Source: Macrostomum hystrix
Lineage: Eukaryota > Animalia > Platyhelminthes
Length of the DNA stretch: 64,000 nt
Direction of reading: 5' to 3'
Assembly (NCBI GenBank): GCA_950097015.1
Contig: CATNEN010000007.1
Coordinates: forward strand, 12,958,001-13,022,000
Part shown: positions 10,601 to 24,200 of the stretch, piece after piece
Numbering within the stretch: position 1 is the first letter of the stretch
Layout: every line of letters starts with the position of its first letter
Program-made: the position numbers and the translations under genes
Notes under the pieces: generated by a model
The model's input: the letters and a program-made list of their open reading frames with translations, nothing else
Databases searched by the model: none
Told to the model about the DNA's origin: nothing

Positions 10601-13111
10601 GCTGGCTGACAGCCTGGCAACGCTTTCGGCTCTGGCTGAGTGCCCGGAGCTGGCCGAGGCCGGCCTTGCGCTGCTGGAGCCGGTGCCGCAGCCGCTGCGG
10701 GAGCACCTGGCCTCTGAGCACCCGTGCTTCGTGCGCCTGGTGCACGAGATCTACAAACTGTTCCGCTCCAGAGCCAAGCTGGCTGACAGCGGCCACGCCA
10801 TCATCACCTGCCTCTGCCGGCTGCTCACTCCTCACCGGGTCTTCTCCGCTCTGGCATTGCATATCCTGCATGCCTTCCCGGTGGGCTCCGTGGCCACCAT
10901 CGATTCAGCCGACCTGCAGGCAGCCTTCCACATGATCGGCGCTCTGGGTCTCATCCTGCTTACCGACTCCGGCCTGCACGACTTCCGCCTGGAGCTGCAC
11001 AGGCTGGACAACAGGGTTGGTGACGGTTTTTCGCTGAACCGAGTAAAGGATGGCTTCAGGTGTAGAACGGATGGGTTCAGGGTGTGGAAAGGATGGGTTC
11101 AGGGTATGGAAAGGATGTCTTCAGGTGTAGAACGGATGGGTTCAGGGTGTGGAAAGGATGGGTTCACGTTATGGAAAGGATGGCTTCAGGTGTAGAACGG
11201 ATGGCTTCAGGTGTAGAACGGATGGCTTCAGGGTGTGGAAAGGATAGCTTCATGGTGTGGAAAGGATGGCTTCAGGGTGTGGAAAGGATGGCTTCATGGT
11301 GTGGAAAGGATGGCTTCATGGTGTGGAAAGGATGGCTTCATGGTGTGGAAAGGATGGCTTCAGGGTGTGCAAAGGATGGCTTCAGGGTGTGGAAAGGATG
11401 GCTTCAGGGTGTGGAAAGGATGGCTTCATGGTGTGGAAAGGATGGCTTCATGGTGTGGAAAGGATGGCTTCAGGGTGTGGAAAGGATGGCTTCAGGGTGT
11501 GGAAAGGATGGCTTCAGGGTGTGGAAAGGATGGCTTCAGGGTGTGGAAAGGATTGGCTTCAGGGTGTGCAAAGGATGGCTTTAGGGTGTGGAAAGGATGG
11601 CTTCAGGGTGTGGAAAGGATGGCTTCAGGGTGTGGAAAGGATGGCTTCAGGGTGTGGAAAGGATGGCTTCAGGGTGTGGAAAGGATGGCTTCATGGTGTG
11701 GAAAGGATGGCTTCAGGGTGTGGAAAGGATGGCTTCATGGTGTGGAAAGGATGGCTTCAGGGTGTGGAAAGGATGGCTTCAGGGTGTGGAAAGGATGGCT
11801 TCAGGGTGTGCAAAGGATGGCTTCAGGGTGTGGAAAGGATGGCTTCAGGGTGTGGAAAGGATGGCTTCAGGGTGTGCAAAGGATGGCTTCAGGGTGTGGA
11901 AAGGATGGCTTCATGGTGTGGAAAGGATGGCTTCATGGTGTGGAAAGGATGGCTTCATGGTGTGGAAAGGATGGCTTCAGGGTGTGCAAAGGATGGCTTC
12001 ATGGTGTGGAAAGGATGGCTTCATGGTGTGGAAAGGATGGCTTCAGGGTGTGGAAAGGATGGCTTCATGGTGTGGAAAGGATGGCTTCAGGGCTGAGAAA
12101 AGTTGGGTTTATGGTTGAAGAAAGCGTCAGTTCAGGAGAAAAGGATGAGGAACTCAGTGGTATGGGAAGGTGAGTCCAGGGGTAAAGAAGGGTGAGTCCA
12201 GGGGTAAAGAAGATGAGTTCGGGGGTAGAGAAGGGCGAGTTTGGGAGTAGAAATGTATTATGAGCAGGCTGCAAATGGGATCATGGATACTATAAGGATC
12301 GGGATTGTCTCAGCTCAGCCGGGCTGTCAAGAGCACATTGAGTGGATTCCACACATCGCAAGATTACTGCATAAGACCTTGCTTCACAATGCAGGCCATT
12401 GCGGACATCTGTGCTACGCTGTACCGGGCCTGGTGCCACAACCCCGCTGCGACACTTGCGCTGTGCTTCTTGTCACGCAACTATGCACATGCCAGACTAC
12501 TTGTCAGCAAGTTGTAAGTAGTGCAGTTGGGACATCTGGCTGTTCTGTAACACATTTGTATTAACTTGGATTCTCAATTCTTTTCTGAATTCCAGCGCGA
12601 ACATTGAAATCACCACGGCCCTGTTGATCGAGCTGGACAAGTTGATACAGCTGCTCGAGTCACCCATTTTTCTCTGTAAGAGCAGCTGCACTGCATTGTT
12701 TGTGCTATTTACAGCAGCCTCCATGTTTAACTTTAATGTTTTAATTACTCTTTGATTCCGCATTCAGATGTCCGCCTGGACCTGCTGAACCCTGGCTGCA
12801 GCCCTGACCTCACCGGCTGCCTGTTCGGCCTGCTTATGTGCCTGCCCCAGACTGAGGCCTTCCACCAGCTGCACAGGCGCCTCTCCTGCCTGCCGCCCAT
12901 GCACCTACAGCAGCAGCAGCAGCAGCAGGTGCACAGCAACTGGCTGCTGGAATGTGATCCCAGCCTGGAGCAGTTCACACAGATCCAGGATCTGCACAGG
13001 CAGGCTCGCCTGACCGCCAGCCTCAGCCGGCAGCCGCAGGGGCCGCCCCCGCCGCTTGCATCAGTTGCGGCCGGGTACGGCCGGTTCCAGACCGCCAACA
13101 ATTTCCGGTGA
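1606..13111 (+). CDS. VAC14: VAC14, PIKfyve/Fab1 complex HEAT-repeat scaffold (9 exons, ~726 aa)
   Basis: Exons 1606-1709, 8898-9048, 9132-9365, 9442-9555, 9823-10137, 10296-11015, 12395-12513, 12596-12675, 12768-13111. All introns are GT-AG and phase-compatible. Motifs [69 protein letters not shown] and [11 protein letters not shown]. Confidence 0.95.
1724..3858. repeat. Intronic minisatellite, 48/50-bp unit, ~43 copies
   Basis: Unit aatcaactt(ct)gtcacagactgaattgaaggcccagcttgtctatcatgt; starts ~14 nt after the VAC14 exon 1 donor. Confidence 0.97.
5955..7484 (-). mobile_element. Internally deleted Ingi-clade-like non-LTR retroelement (2A - RNase H - CCHC; no APE or RT)
   Basis: 15-bp TSD cgcatctccgtcctc at 5940-5954 and 7485-7499; (GA)n 3' tail. 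2A motif [13 protein letters not shown] at 7251-7289. RNase H motifs WTDG, SAE, FDS, WIPGH, NEEAD. Zinc knuckle CPHC..EHFLLDC. Confidence 0.88.
7431..7484 (-). ncRNA. Possible 5'-truncated Pr77/HDV-like ribozyme at the retroelement 5' end
   Basis: The minus strand reads cctgCTCAACGagcaacGGGTCggagaGACCggcctgtGGTCaaGGAAGCC. The order CTCAACG..GGGTC..hairpin..GGAAGC resembles the trypanosomatid ingi/L1Tc Pr77 signature as recalled. The 5' strand of P1 appears to be missing. Confidence 0.4.
11045..12093. repeat. Intronic minisatellite, 22-bp unit, ~47 copies
   Basis: Unit cagggtgtggaaaggatggctt (variants catgg, gtgca) in VAC14 intron 6. Confidence 0.97.
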
Positions 13112-14326
13112 CATTGTTCTGGATGCCATTCGCCATTCAAAATCCGTGTCTGCTGCCTTATCGAATCTGCTATCCAATCTTTTATCCATTACACAGATGC
13201 TTTTCCACCTGCCAACTGTTCAAACTAACAGTATAACTGTTCTCAAATTCCCTATTTGAGCATGTTGCCAACTGCAATCTCCACTCTAAGAATTCGGCGC
13301 TAACTGATCGCTTTTTGCACCTGTCGCTGCAGAATATACTACTACTCAAATATCAGTAGTGTACTGTGTGTTCTATTGCATAATAGTAATTGCCTTATTT
13401 GGATAACTGAGCTGACTGGATTTGTCATATCGCCCCGCTCGACTGCTTCAAATTGCGTCTTACGTGGCACACGGCATGGCTTCTTGACTGACAGGCACTG
13501 ATTGTTTTTAGATTTTATCCCTTTATTAATTCTTCTTTGTCTCAACTCTGCGCGGCAAGTTGCAAGCACTCGTCATTCGATTGCACTTTTGGTGGCTTTT
13601 TACTAAATATCTGATCACATCACTGCTAATAGTATTGATTTGTCAGCCAATAGGACAATTGTTCATAAGCTTTGCGCTCGGCGACAACTGAAACCATGAG
13701 GTTGACAATGGGTCATGGATATGACCTGGTCTGGGTAATGGGTACAGCTACCTGGTCTGGGTACAGCTACCTGGTCTGGGTACAGCTACCTGGTCTTGGT
13801 GCACTTCATTAAGCTGTTCTGATTGGCTGGCGAAAGCAGGAAAACTTGAAAACTTGACTTGTTGCCCGCACTTTTTCAGTATTTTTAACCTCTGTGGTAA
13901 TCTTTGCCAATTGGTTGATAGCTACAAATTCCAAAATTGATTTGCTAGACCTTTATCTAAATTGAACCGTGATTTGCCCTTTGCATAAAGAGCCTTGCTT
14001 TCTCGTGATTCAGATGTGCTCCAGTTTTTGTTACAATTATAAAACAAAAATCATAAAAAGCAAGTTCGCGGCATTCCATTGTGTTGCACTATTTTTTGTT
14101 AATTATCTTCTTACAAAAGTCACAGACTTCCGTCTGTTAAATTTCCCTCGCTGTATGTCACTAAGGAATTCAATTAATTTTAATTATGCTCTTGTCTCGG
14201 CCAAATAAGTCCAGCAGAATCTGAGTCAAACATTAGATAAATTTAGTTAAAAAGTATCGAGTCAGTCGACGCAGAGCAATTGTGGCCTGTCAGGCCTGGT
14301 CAGTCTGCGAGCGGCACAGGGCGGCT

Positions 14327-17300
14327 TTAGTTCCAGACGCGGATGGTGCGGTCGCTGCCCGCAGATATCAGACAGTCGCCGTGCTGGTCGAAGCAGCAGA
14401 ACTGCACCGAGTCTTCGTGACCTTCCAGCTTTGTCACCTGCGGGATTAGGAATTCTTTTCCGTCGAGTCTGGGGCCACCTCACCAGACACAGGCCCACCT
14501 CACTAAGAGATACTCGAGTCTGGGGCCACCTTACTAACAGATACTCGAGTCTGGGGCCCACCCCACTAACAGATACTCGAGTCTGGGGCCACCTCACCAG
14601 ACACAGGCCAACCTCACTAACAGATACTCGAGTCTGGGGGCACCTCACTAACAGATACTCGAGTCTGGGGCCCACCTCACTAACAGATACTCGAGTCTGG
14701 GGCCCACCTCACTAACAGATACTCGAGTCTGGGGCCACCTCACTAACAGATACTCGAGTCTGGGGCCCACCTCACTAACAGATACTCGAGTCTGGGGCCC
14801 ACCTCACTAACAGATACTCGAGTCTGGGGGCACCTCACTAACAGATACTCGAGTCTGGGGCCCACCTCACTAACAGATACTCGAGTCTGGGGCCCACCTC
14901 ACTAACAGATACTCGAGTCTGGGGCCACCTCACTAACAGATACTCGAGTCTGGGGCCACCTCACTAACAGATACTCGAGTCTGGGGCCCACCTAACCGGA
15001 CGCCCACCCCATTGCCATATAATGTGCGGGTGCTCTCGAAGCTCAACCTTTTGAAGTGATCTCAGACTTTACTGTGCTACCTAGCTCGTATTTGTTGGAA
15101 ATATGGCACCGATTGACTCACCCCTCCGGTGGCCACCTCAACCATCTTTATGGTGGCATCGTTGCTGGCAGTTGCCACCAGTGTCGACGATGGATCGAAG
15201 GCGACGCAGTTGGCCGCGTGCGGGCCGAGGTCGAGCGCGGACTTGGGCTTGTCCGCGCGCACATCGAACAGCTTGAGGAAGCCGAAGGAGTCCACGGAGG
15301 CTACGGTATCGCCCTTGGGGCTGAAGGCGGCGTGGTTCACGCTGTGCAGGTGTCCATAGAAGGTGTGCACGGCCGTGCCGACCCGCGGGTCCCAAACCAG
15401 GAGGGTCTTGTCGGCGGAGCAGGTCAGCAGGAGGTTGCCATGCGGCAGCCAGCTAACAGAGTTGACGGACTCTGCGTGGCCGCGCAGAATCTGGCGGCAG
15501 CGAACGGAGCCTAGGTCGAAGAGGCGCACAGTGTTGTCCATACTGGCGCTGGCAATGAAGTTGCCGCTCCAGTGGTACTGCAGAGACCACACGGCCCCGC
15601 TGTGCTCGCTGAAGGTGTGCAAGCACTCTCCTGCGTGCAGGTCCCACAGTTTCACCGTGTTGTCCCCGCCGCCAGTGGCCAGCTGGGAGCCAGATGGGTG
15701 ATAGTGCGCGCTCGACACCCACTGCGAGTGGCCCTCACCAGTAAACTGGCACTCCCCGGCAGGCAATGACCACAGCTTCCACTTGGCGTCATCGCCTGTG
15801 CTCACCAGCTCCGCCTTGCCCATCGGGTTCAGCGCCAGACTGCTCACAGCCGCCTCATGAGCCTCCCAGGTGGTGGAGAGCTTCAAGCCGCCAGACCGAG
15901 TCAGGTGCACTGGCGCGCCGCGACCATTCGCTAGAGCTGGATTGATACCAAGGTCCTTGGGGAAGTCCTTGTCCTGGAGAGGCAAATAGCACGATTGGCT
16001 TGTTAATTGTACGTTGAGACTTATGTATAAAGCGACACAGCATATTTGCTTGCCCAATAGAATTTTTGTGCCTCGTAAATGCAAGTGCAAATGGCAATAA
16101 CTGTAATAAGGTTTTCACTGCACAGCAACAAGGTCGCACCTTGGGATGTCGCACGTAGCCGGCTGGCAAGTTGGCGACGTCCTGGCGAGCCTCCGCGCGT
16201 CTCCGCTCCGCCATCTGCTCCTTGGCCGTCAGATCACGGCCACCGCGTCCACTAACTGCCGCCGCCCTCACGTCTGATAAGTCGCCACCGACGACGCCGC
16301 TTCCGCCGGCATTTTGCTGAGCGGAGCTGCCGCGCATCTGCTCGAGACTCTTAAGCGTAGACTGCAAGCCCGCCACCTGGCCCATCGCGCGGTCCCGCTC
16401 CAGCTTGCTCAGCATCTTCTCCTTCATCGCCACTTCGTACTTGTGGCGCAGCTGCTCCAGCGTGGGCTCGTAGGCAGCGTAGTGCCGCTTCATCCTGCAA
16501 TGTAGAGTGATTTTGCCTGCTGATTTTCGCATTTTCAAATTTTGGGAAACAATAGATTTAATGGGACCTATCGATTCATGACATTTGAAGCTTTCAAGTT
16601 CGGTGCTTTCATGAGACCACTGTTCGAGCGGGATTAGTTGGATATTTTTTATAACGCCATCTTCGATCCTAATGTAACTTCTAGCTGGCTATGCCTCTGA
16701 CTTCCAAAAGCCTAAGAGAGCTATGCGGCGGCCTCACAGCTTGATGTCGTCCAGCAGCTTGTTCTTCTCTTGCATGACCCGGCGGTGGTTCATTCTGTGG
16801 TAGTCACGCTCGTTGCGCAGCTTCACGTACATCTCCCTGGCGGCCATAGATGCCGCCTTGTACTTGTCCCTCTCGTGCCGCATTACCTTGAGCTGGTCGT
16901 CCAGCTGCTGGTTGCGGGCGTAGATGTCCGGCACGTCAAACAGGTCCTCCTCGCGCAGGAGGCCTTTCTGCTGCAGCTCGAAGAACTCGGCCTAAAGATG
17001 TAGAACAGAGTTGAGTTTTATTAAAATGTTAGCAGCGATAATGAGATTGGTTCCTCAATGACGGATCGCTTTGTGGCTTCTTGACCCCAAGCAGCTGCAA
17101 GCAGAACTGGAAGCCGAAATCCTCTTTATTAGACTGGGCTATAAACCTTTAAGTTTAAGTCTACCTGAAAGGTGTCCAGCGTACGCTGCATGCCAATCTT
17201 CAACAGGAAGCTGCGCACAAAGTCGTCCACGCTTGGCGGGCAGGTGATTAGCACCGGCCGGGCGGCCGCGGCACGCTCAGTCATGGCCGAATCATCATCA

Positions 17301-17929
17301 GCTGCTTCCTGCAGCACCCGGACCGTCGCAACGAGATCTTCATCGTTGTCTGGTGATGTTCAGCGTTAAATATACTAATAAGTGTGACATATATTAGTCG
17401 TGTAGGTATATGTACATAGACTATTATAACCATATGTATACAAGCAGGTGCAGAGTATTTATACAATTTTGTGTATTTAAATCTCAGAATCTTTGTTTAG
17501 ATATTTGTGTGCATTTTAATACTATTTCAATTATAATATTCATATGTTTCTGCTTCAATTATTTCTTTCCTTTCCAGAAAAAAAATTCCTTTTTCGATTT
17601 TTCCCTATCTTGACTTTTTGTAATGCATGCTTTCTGTTATGTGTAAATTAATCTTTTGACTGCTCTTAAACTGTTAGCGCTGAAAAAGCAATGTCTGCCA
17701 CAATATTTTTTTAACAAAATAATGTATGTCTCTAGACTTTAAACCTAAATGTATATAGCACAGCTTCTTGCACAGGAATAAAATATTAACAAAATAAAAA
17801 CATAAAAAACATCTAATCATTTTTCAATATTTATTTGAATAAATAACTTACCCATTGATGGTACATCATCCTCAACTGGTACTTCCTCGTAGTTGTACTC
17901 TGATGGGTTCTCATCAGGCAGCTGCTCAA
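14327..17929 (-). CDS. SPAG16: Sperm-associated antigen 16 (PF20), axonemal central-pair WD40 protein; first exon not resolved
   Basis: Exons 17929-17852, 17349-17165, 16991-16738, 16494-16140, 15973-15122, 14437-14327, all phase-compatible. Motifs YNYEEVP, VDDFVRSFLLKIGMQRTLDTFQ, ERDYHRMNHRRVMQEK, YEVAMKEKMLSKLERDR, then WD40 repeats ending DRTIRVWN*. Confidence 0.93.
14462..14995. repeat. Intronic minisatellite, 31-32-bp unit
   Basis: Unit cactaacagatactcgagtctggggc(c)cacct in the last SPAG16 intron. Confidence 0.95.
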
Positions 17930-20900
17930 CTGATTTTTGAAAGATTGTTAAGGAAATAAACGATGCAAAAAATTTCTGCAAACTTTTTTATTTAGAAATC
18001 TTATCTTGCGAGTTTTAATGCCGTAGCTAAAAAAAGAAAAGAAATTAGATTATAATTACCGTATTACAATTTTCACATAAAAATCATCTATAAAACATAT
18101 CTAACCAAAATGGGGCGTGCTTATGTTTCACGCAATTTTTGACAGTGGTAACACTAAAGCTAAAAAGAAAAACAAAGAATGATGTTTATAAGATACTAAA
18201 CCCACAAACTTTGAAAAAAAAACTATAGTATCATGCTTGTTGTATTATAATGCATGATGCTATTTTATAATGCATATAATACATTCAATAGAATTAAAAG
18301 GATAGAATGCCTTCACTCGTGTATTGCCATAATATAGTAGCTAGCGTTTACTAGAAACACGAACTAGGTGTAATAACATTATTGTATACATTTTTAACTG
18401 AAAGGATACATGAAACGGTGTATTTGTTATCCTCCATTGTGAAAATCGAACAATATAACTATAAGGAAGACAGCTGTCTTGAAAAAAAATAATTTTTAAC
18501 AACTCTGAAGCTGATATGTTAAACTCTGCCATAGAGACGCTTTACTTACTGGTTTAGAATATGCGTTGAGTAAAACTAAAGAAAATACTCAGTTAAAAAG
18601 ATAATATGTCAAAAAATTAATCTTAGAACAATTGTCCAGCTGAAAAAGAGTATATTTGTTTAATATTTATTCCGTTAAACAAACCGTTATATTAACAAAA
18701 CATCTAATGTTTTTGCGGTTATTGAATATTGCAAATATATTGCTTCCTGTATCCGTTAGAGTAATCCAAGAGTTAATTTTTTCATAAACTTTCGTCACAC
18801 GTGTATGTCGTTTTTTTTATTTTTTCCCTAAAACTTTCGCCTTAATCAATCATCGTGTTGTAATACAGCACGCTGATCGCTTTCTTAAATTCACTTTTTT
18901 ACTTGTCAAATGTTGGTTTACTTTTTCGTACCAATTTAAACTGACCTGAGCATATAATATTTATTTACTTATAGTCACCGAATAGAAAATGTTCAGTATT
19001 CGCAAAACAGGCTTCTTGCCAGAGCCAAAAGTATCATACTACTATAATAGTACTACTACGAAGTTACGATACAACGATAATGCTACGATTTGCGAGTCCT
19101 GTAGGATTTTTTATAGTGCTATGATTTCCAAGATTTTAAAAGTCGTCGCTGCATTCACAAATATTGATGTGCCGTAGTCACGGATAGCAACTAAACAAAG
19201 AGTGCTATTAGAACTCGTGATATGGGTAAGTTTTTTATCATTAGGAGGCTTCACTGTCTAGAAAATTTTAACAGTGATATTTTTAAACAGAAACAGAAAT
19301 ACTCAAATAAGCTCTGCGCCCCAAGCACAACAACTGCATCCACAGTGATACTAAATATTCGCTCAGAGCCCCTGGCCCTTTTAACACCACCTCCCCTTTT
19401 CTAATCTCCCGTCGTCTTATCTTTCTCCTGCCTTATTTCTCCCCTCCCATGTCACAAAATCTCCCCCGTTTTTCATCTCCCCCTGTCTATCTCTCTCTTC
19501 TATCACCTCCTCTCTCAAAGACAAACAAAGACAAACAAAGACAAAGAAAGACAGTCCACAAAAGTGGACTGATTGTCCACTTTTATATAGTTTCTCTATT
19601 TTTCGATATCATAAGTTTTCCGATCCCGCTTAAAATATTGAATTTGTAGTTGTGCTCCTTTGCTATGTTATTTTCTTTCAAGAGCTCTGTTTACTAGCAA
19701 GAGCTCTGTTTATGAGAACAGAGCTGGGTTGCACGCAAATCCTCCAAAGGCCTCTGGGCCGGAGCCCCCCGGGCAGCTCCACAAGACCGCTCTTAATTTT
19801 CTACATCGCGGTTCATCCATGTGCGATGCATTTTAGTACAATTTTTACTATTTAATCAAAGCATTTAAAGACATTTGTAGGCAAAAAAGTATAATAATTT
19901 TTTAACTCCTATAGCTATCACGTATGTACACGAGCGTGCATGTACTGTAAATCCGCACTTCTGCTTTCTGGGTGACTTTATGAATGTCAATTCATTTGTG
20001 CGCATGCCATTTAACCAGTCGATCAGTCGGCAATTTTGCTAGTTTTTGGTTCAAATGTTTTGTTGCTTCTAGCACTCTAGTTGCAAAAATTGTAATTCTA
20101 TCTTGCTATGCGCATTTTTCGACATCAATTCCTTTCGTCCCAATAATTGTTCTTTGACTTCTTTTAAATGTCATTTGTTTGTCTAGTGTAAAAAATAGCA
20201 TTTTTGGTCAACATGAAAAAAACTCTTTTGCCAGGCGTTTCTACTGAAGCTGAAAATAGGACTGCTTTGTGTAAAACTTTGCGATTGTGAGTTTGAGATT
20301 TGAAAGTTTCCTTAGAAACTACACGGGAGAATTCCTGTAGCGAGCATCATCAATTAGCGAGGCTCTTGTTTCGCTGGCTACGGATTCCTGGAATTTCCCA
20401 CTGCATGTGCGAGACAAGGCTGTAGACCTCCAAATCTCTGTGACGGATTACCCGGCTGCGATGGGAGGGAGCTGCCTTGCCATAAAGGGATTAACAGCGG
20501 CCGGAGACAGGGGCAGAGTATTGACACGGCCTATTTACACAGGCGCTGGCTGGCAGTTCCCCCTGGGTCCGGATTGTGTTGCTAAGCCGCGGCCTGACAA
20601 ACCAAACCCGGGGTGCCGCTGCATACGAGCTATAGAAGATATGAGTGGAAGTTGCTAATAATGTTATAGTTGTAAAGCCAACCAGTACATGAGGTGCTTT
20701 CATTTTACACGTACTTGTAATCCACAGTCACCTATGACTGCATAATTACAGCCACATTGGCTCAACTTCCCAAACAATCATGCGGTCAGGAAGTACGTCT
20801 AGTGATGAATAATCGAGGGCTGCTCATGATATCCGACGAAGCGAGTAAAGGAGGAGATGCAACAAATGAACAGCAAAGGGGAATTTATTACTTTATTATT

Positions 20901-21266
20901 CAAAGGTGCCTTCTGTGCTATGTCAGTAGACAGTGACAGTTAAAGTTCAAAACAAGATAAGAGCATTGAGTGAATATCGGATGACTGTTTCGACATGCGC
21001 TGAGTCAACCATCAACCTAATGAAGTGTGACTCAATTGTATTTTCAAGTATTCCGAGTGCGTATAGAAAAGCTATTTCTCAATCGTGATAGTGACAGTAT
21101 TTAGTGTGCATTCCTACTGGATTGGTGACGAGTAAGAAGAGGCGGCGATGCATTTATACATACATTGAAAACTGAACGTACATTGAAAACTGAATGTACA
21201 TTAAAAACTGATTTCAGGCGGGCTCGGATCGAATTCGTTATGTGTAAGTGCGGAGCACAGATTTTC

Positions 21267-24200
21267 TCATGCAGTGCAGCTGCCGCAGTCAGTGATCAGT
21301 ACTACAGGTGGAGCCTCAATCTCTCGGACGCCCTCCGGCCGCCAGCGAACGTTTCGAAACTCCTCAGGCAGTTGCTGATGATGATTTGAGTCCGACTGAC
21401 TGAGCCGCCGCTGAGCAGCCGTCCGCCTCTGCCACCCGAGCCGGCGAGCCCGTGTGGCGCGGGCGAGGCCGGTCAGGCAGGCCAGGTGCGGCTTGCCACT
21501 GCCGCTAGCTGACAGTGCTCGGCTACAGGCGGACCAGCCGCAGGCGCGGGTGACCAGCTCGGCGATGAGGGTGACGGCGCCAAAGGCACAGAAGACCAGG
21601 AAGAGCAGAAAGATGCCGGCCGCGTGCTCCAGGTCCAGCGTGTCGGGCTGGCCGGCCTTGCAGATCACGGAGGGCGTCCAGTAGCGCTGGCGCAGCCGCT
21701 CTATGAGGCCATTCTCCAACAGAAGCTGCAGCCTGCGGGATGAGAGACCAGCGTGCAGCTTCTGAGTTCTGTCTGCAATCCACCGCATGCCGGCACCGCA
21801 GCTGTAGCCCTGCAGTCCCTGACTCCATCTGCAGTCCCTGCTCCACAGACTCCATATTCAGTCCCTGCTCCACAGACTCCATCTGCAGTCCCTGCTCCAC
21901 AGACTCCATCTGCAAGCCCTGCTCCACAGACTCCATCTGCAAGCCCTACTCCACAGACTCCATCTGCAGTCCCTGCTCCACAGACTCCATCTGCAAGCCC
22001 TGCTCCACAGACTCCATCTGCAGTCCCTGCTCCACAGACTCCATCTGCAGTCCCTGCTCCACAGACTCCATCTGCAGTCCCTGCTCCACAGACTCCATCT
22101 GCAGTCCCTGCTCCACAGACTCCATCTACAAACCCTATTTCACAGACTCCAACTGCCAGCCCTACTCCGCAGGCTCACGCTCCGTTGAAACGCTCCAGCC
22201 AGATGGCATCGCGGGCTACGCCGAAGGCCAGGTTGGCAGGGCTGAAGGCCACTGAGGTGAGCAGCAGGCTGCTGCAGTTGTCCTTGGTGTCAGCGCTCAG
22301 CTTTGTTCTGTCGGTCACGAAGGCGACCCGGTGCTGGCTGCCGTCGGCGAGGAGTCCGTAGGGCTCTGAGCCTGCACCGGTCAGCTGAAGTCGGCCGGAG
22401 TCGCGAATGGCGGCCATCGCGCTGCCCGGAGGCGCCGAGTCGAACAGGAGTTGAGTGCTGCCACCTGCTGGCACGAGGAACTCGTATCCCAGTGCGAACA
22501 TCTCTGGCAGAGTCTGCGGCGGGCTGGCCTTCTGAGGGACCGTCAAGGAGGCCACCATGGCAGCCGTGTAGGTGGACACCAGTATGAGTGACACCGTCCA
22601 CCAGCAGAACATCAGCGTGCGGGACGAGGCCGAGTTCGGATAGAAGTCCTGGCCTGCGAGGTGAAAGGGAAATCTCCAACTTCAAACAGCTGCTTGAGGG
22701 AGGGCTCCCACAAGCAGCACTAGCGGCTCCACAAGCAGCACTAGCGGCTCCACAAGCAGCACTAGCGGCTCCACAAGCAGCACTAGAAGCAGCCTCAAGC
22801 AGCACTAGAAGCAGCCTCAAGCAGCACTAGAAGCAGCCTCAAGCAGCAGTAGTGGCAGCCACACGTATCTCACCCTGGTGCAGTAGGGCGCTGAACAAGT
22901 TCCACGCATTCTGCTTCACCGAGACCTCGTCCTTGTAGGCCAGGCTGGGAATCCACTGCACGTGCAAAGCGTGCAGATTCCACAACGAGATGGGGCTGAG
23001 CCAGGCCAGCCAGGCAAGCAGCGACCCGCCCATCAGGATGGCCAGCGTGGTCACCAGGTAGGTCCTGCGGCAGCAGAGCGTCTTCGAATGGTTTCATCCT
23101 TAGAGAACTGCTTCTCTCATCACATTCTCTTACTCTCATCACATTCTCTACTCCCATCACATTCTCTCACTCTCATCACATTCTCTCACTCTCATCACAT
23201 TCTCTACTCTCATCACATTCTCTCACTCCCATCACATTCTCTCACTCTCATCACATTCCCTCACTCCCATCACATTCTCTGACTCACTCACTCACTCACT
23301 CACTCACTCACTCACTCACTCACTCACTCACTCACTTACTCACTCACTCACCCACTCACTCACTTACTCACTCACTCACTCACTCACTCACTCACTCACT
23401 CACTCACTCACTCACTCACTCACTCACTCACTCACTCACTCACTCACTCACTTACTTACTCTCACTCTCACTTTATCTCATACATCTATTCCCCTAGCCC
23501 ATAAAAATCCCCCACTACCAATCAGTCTCATACTTCACACACATACTTCCACTCCCATCACATACTTCCACTCCCATCACATACTTCCACTCCCATCACA
23601 TACTTCCACTCCCATCACATACTTCCACTCCCATCACATACTTCCACTCCCATCACATACTTCCACTCCCATCACATACTTCCACTCCCATCACATACTT
23701 CCACTCCCATCACATACTTCCACTCCCATCACATACTTCCACTCCCATCACATACTTCCACTCCCATCACATACTTCCACTCCCATCACATACTTCCACT
23801 CCCATCACATACTTCCACTCCCATCACATACTTCCACTCCCATCACATACTTCCACTCCCATCACATACTTCCACTCCCATCACATACTTCCACTCCCAT
23901 CACATACTTCCACTCCCATCACATACTTCCACTCCCATCACATACTTCCACTATATCACATGGCCTCCCTGCTTTCACATTTTCCAACTCTCATGGCGTT
24001 ATCCCCCAACTAGGACATTGTCCCACCCTCCGAATTCCTACTCTCACCATGGATCGAACGGCCTGAACAGCCTGAACAGGTCCAGGTCAGGCTTGAGCAA
24101 TGGGATGACGGCACCTTTGAACTCCAGGGTCCATGGCAGGCTGAAGTCCACCAGCTGGGCCCGCTGCCAAGTGACTGAGAGGTCGCAGCTGGCCAGGTCT

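Noticed and set aside
20320-20400. Hammerhead-like motifs (GCGAAAC ... TTGATGA) on the minus strand
   Set aside because: The core is not CUGAUGA and the flanking helices do not pair convincingly.
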